Shown here: positions 34,066 to 34,110 of the stretch, in pieces
Layout: every line of letters begins with the position of its first letter
Numbering within the stretch: position 1 is the stretch's first letter
NCBI GenBank assembly: GCA_964512865.1
Contig: CAZELC010000001.1
Location: 1 to 34,110, forward strand
Direction of reading: 5' to 3'
DNA: 34,110 nt
Origin: an uncultured Bacteroidales bacterium
Lineage (GTDB): Bacteria; Bacteroidota; Bacteroidia; Bacteroidales; CAIWKO01
Notes under the pieces: generated by a model
Databases searched by the model: none
What the model saw: only the letters and a program-made list of their open reading frames with translations
What the model was told of the DNA's origin: nothing
Made by a program: the position numbers and the translations under genes

Positions 34066-34110
34066 ATGGTTATGAAAAAAATAATTTTAAGCATACTTGT
34101 TTGCCTTATT
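34066..34110 (+). CDS. 5' end of a secreted or lipoprotein gene (truncated by the window end)
   Basis: ATG at 34066 and 'MVMKKIILSILVCLI', which looks like a signal peptide. Only 15 codons are visible. Confidence 0.4.
   Translation, partial: MVMKKIILSILVCLI

Overview
AT-rich bacterial chromosomal segment, very likely from a Bacteroidota genome. The lineage call rests on three things: TAnnTTTG -7 promoter boxes recur 20-60 nt upstream of most transcription units, one protein carries a T9SS sorting-domain-like segment, and FISUMP- and DUF1566-type surface proteins are present. Most of the window is housekeeping. It holds two two-component systems, a DUF177(yceD)-rpmF-fabH cluster, an AsmA-family protein, uvrA, tRNA-Leu(CAA), an Nramp(mntH)-led operon, a porin-like gene plus amt, and gap. 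I recognised no transposase, integrase, phage gene, CRISPR array, Cas gene or known defence gene. Four regions deserve a second look. (1) 19.17-21.70 kb contains sixteen phased ~21-bp repeats in a non-coding gap. Two GC-rich islands that share an inverted core bracket this gap together with a duplicated two-gene module showing reciprocal decay. (2) 8.3-12.9 kb is a minus-strand cluster of six unassignable secreted or membrane proteins built from two paralogous pairs, with a 123-bp perfectly identical tract. (3) An archaeal-type gatD-gatE pair sits in a bacterial core-gene context. (4) A surface protein carries a T9SS sorting-domain-like segment internally instead of at its C-terminus. All functional calls come from motif reading of the supplied translations. 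No database search was run.
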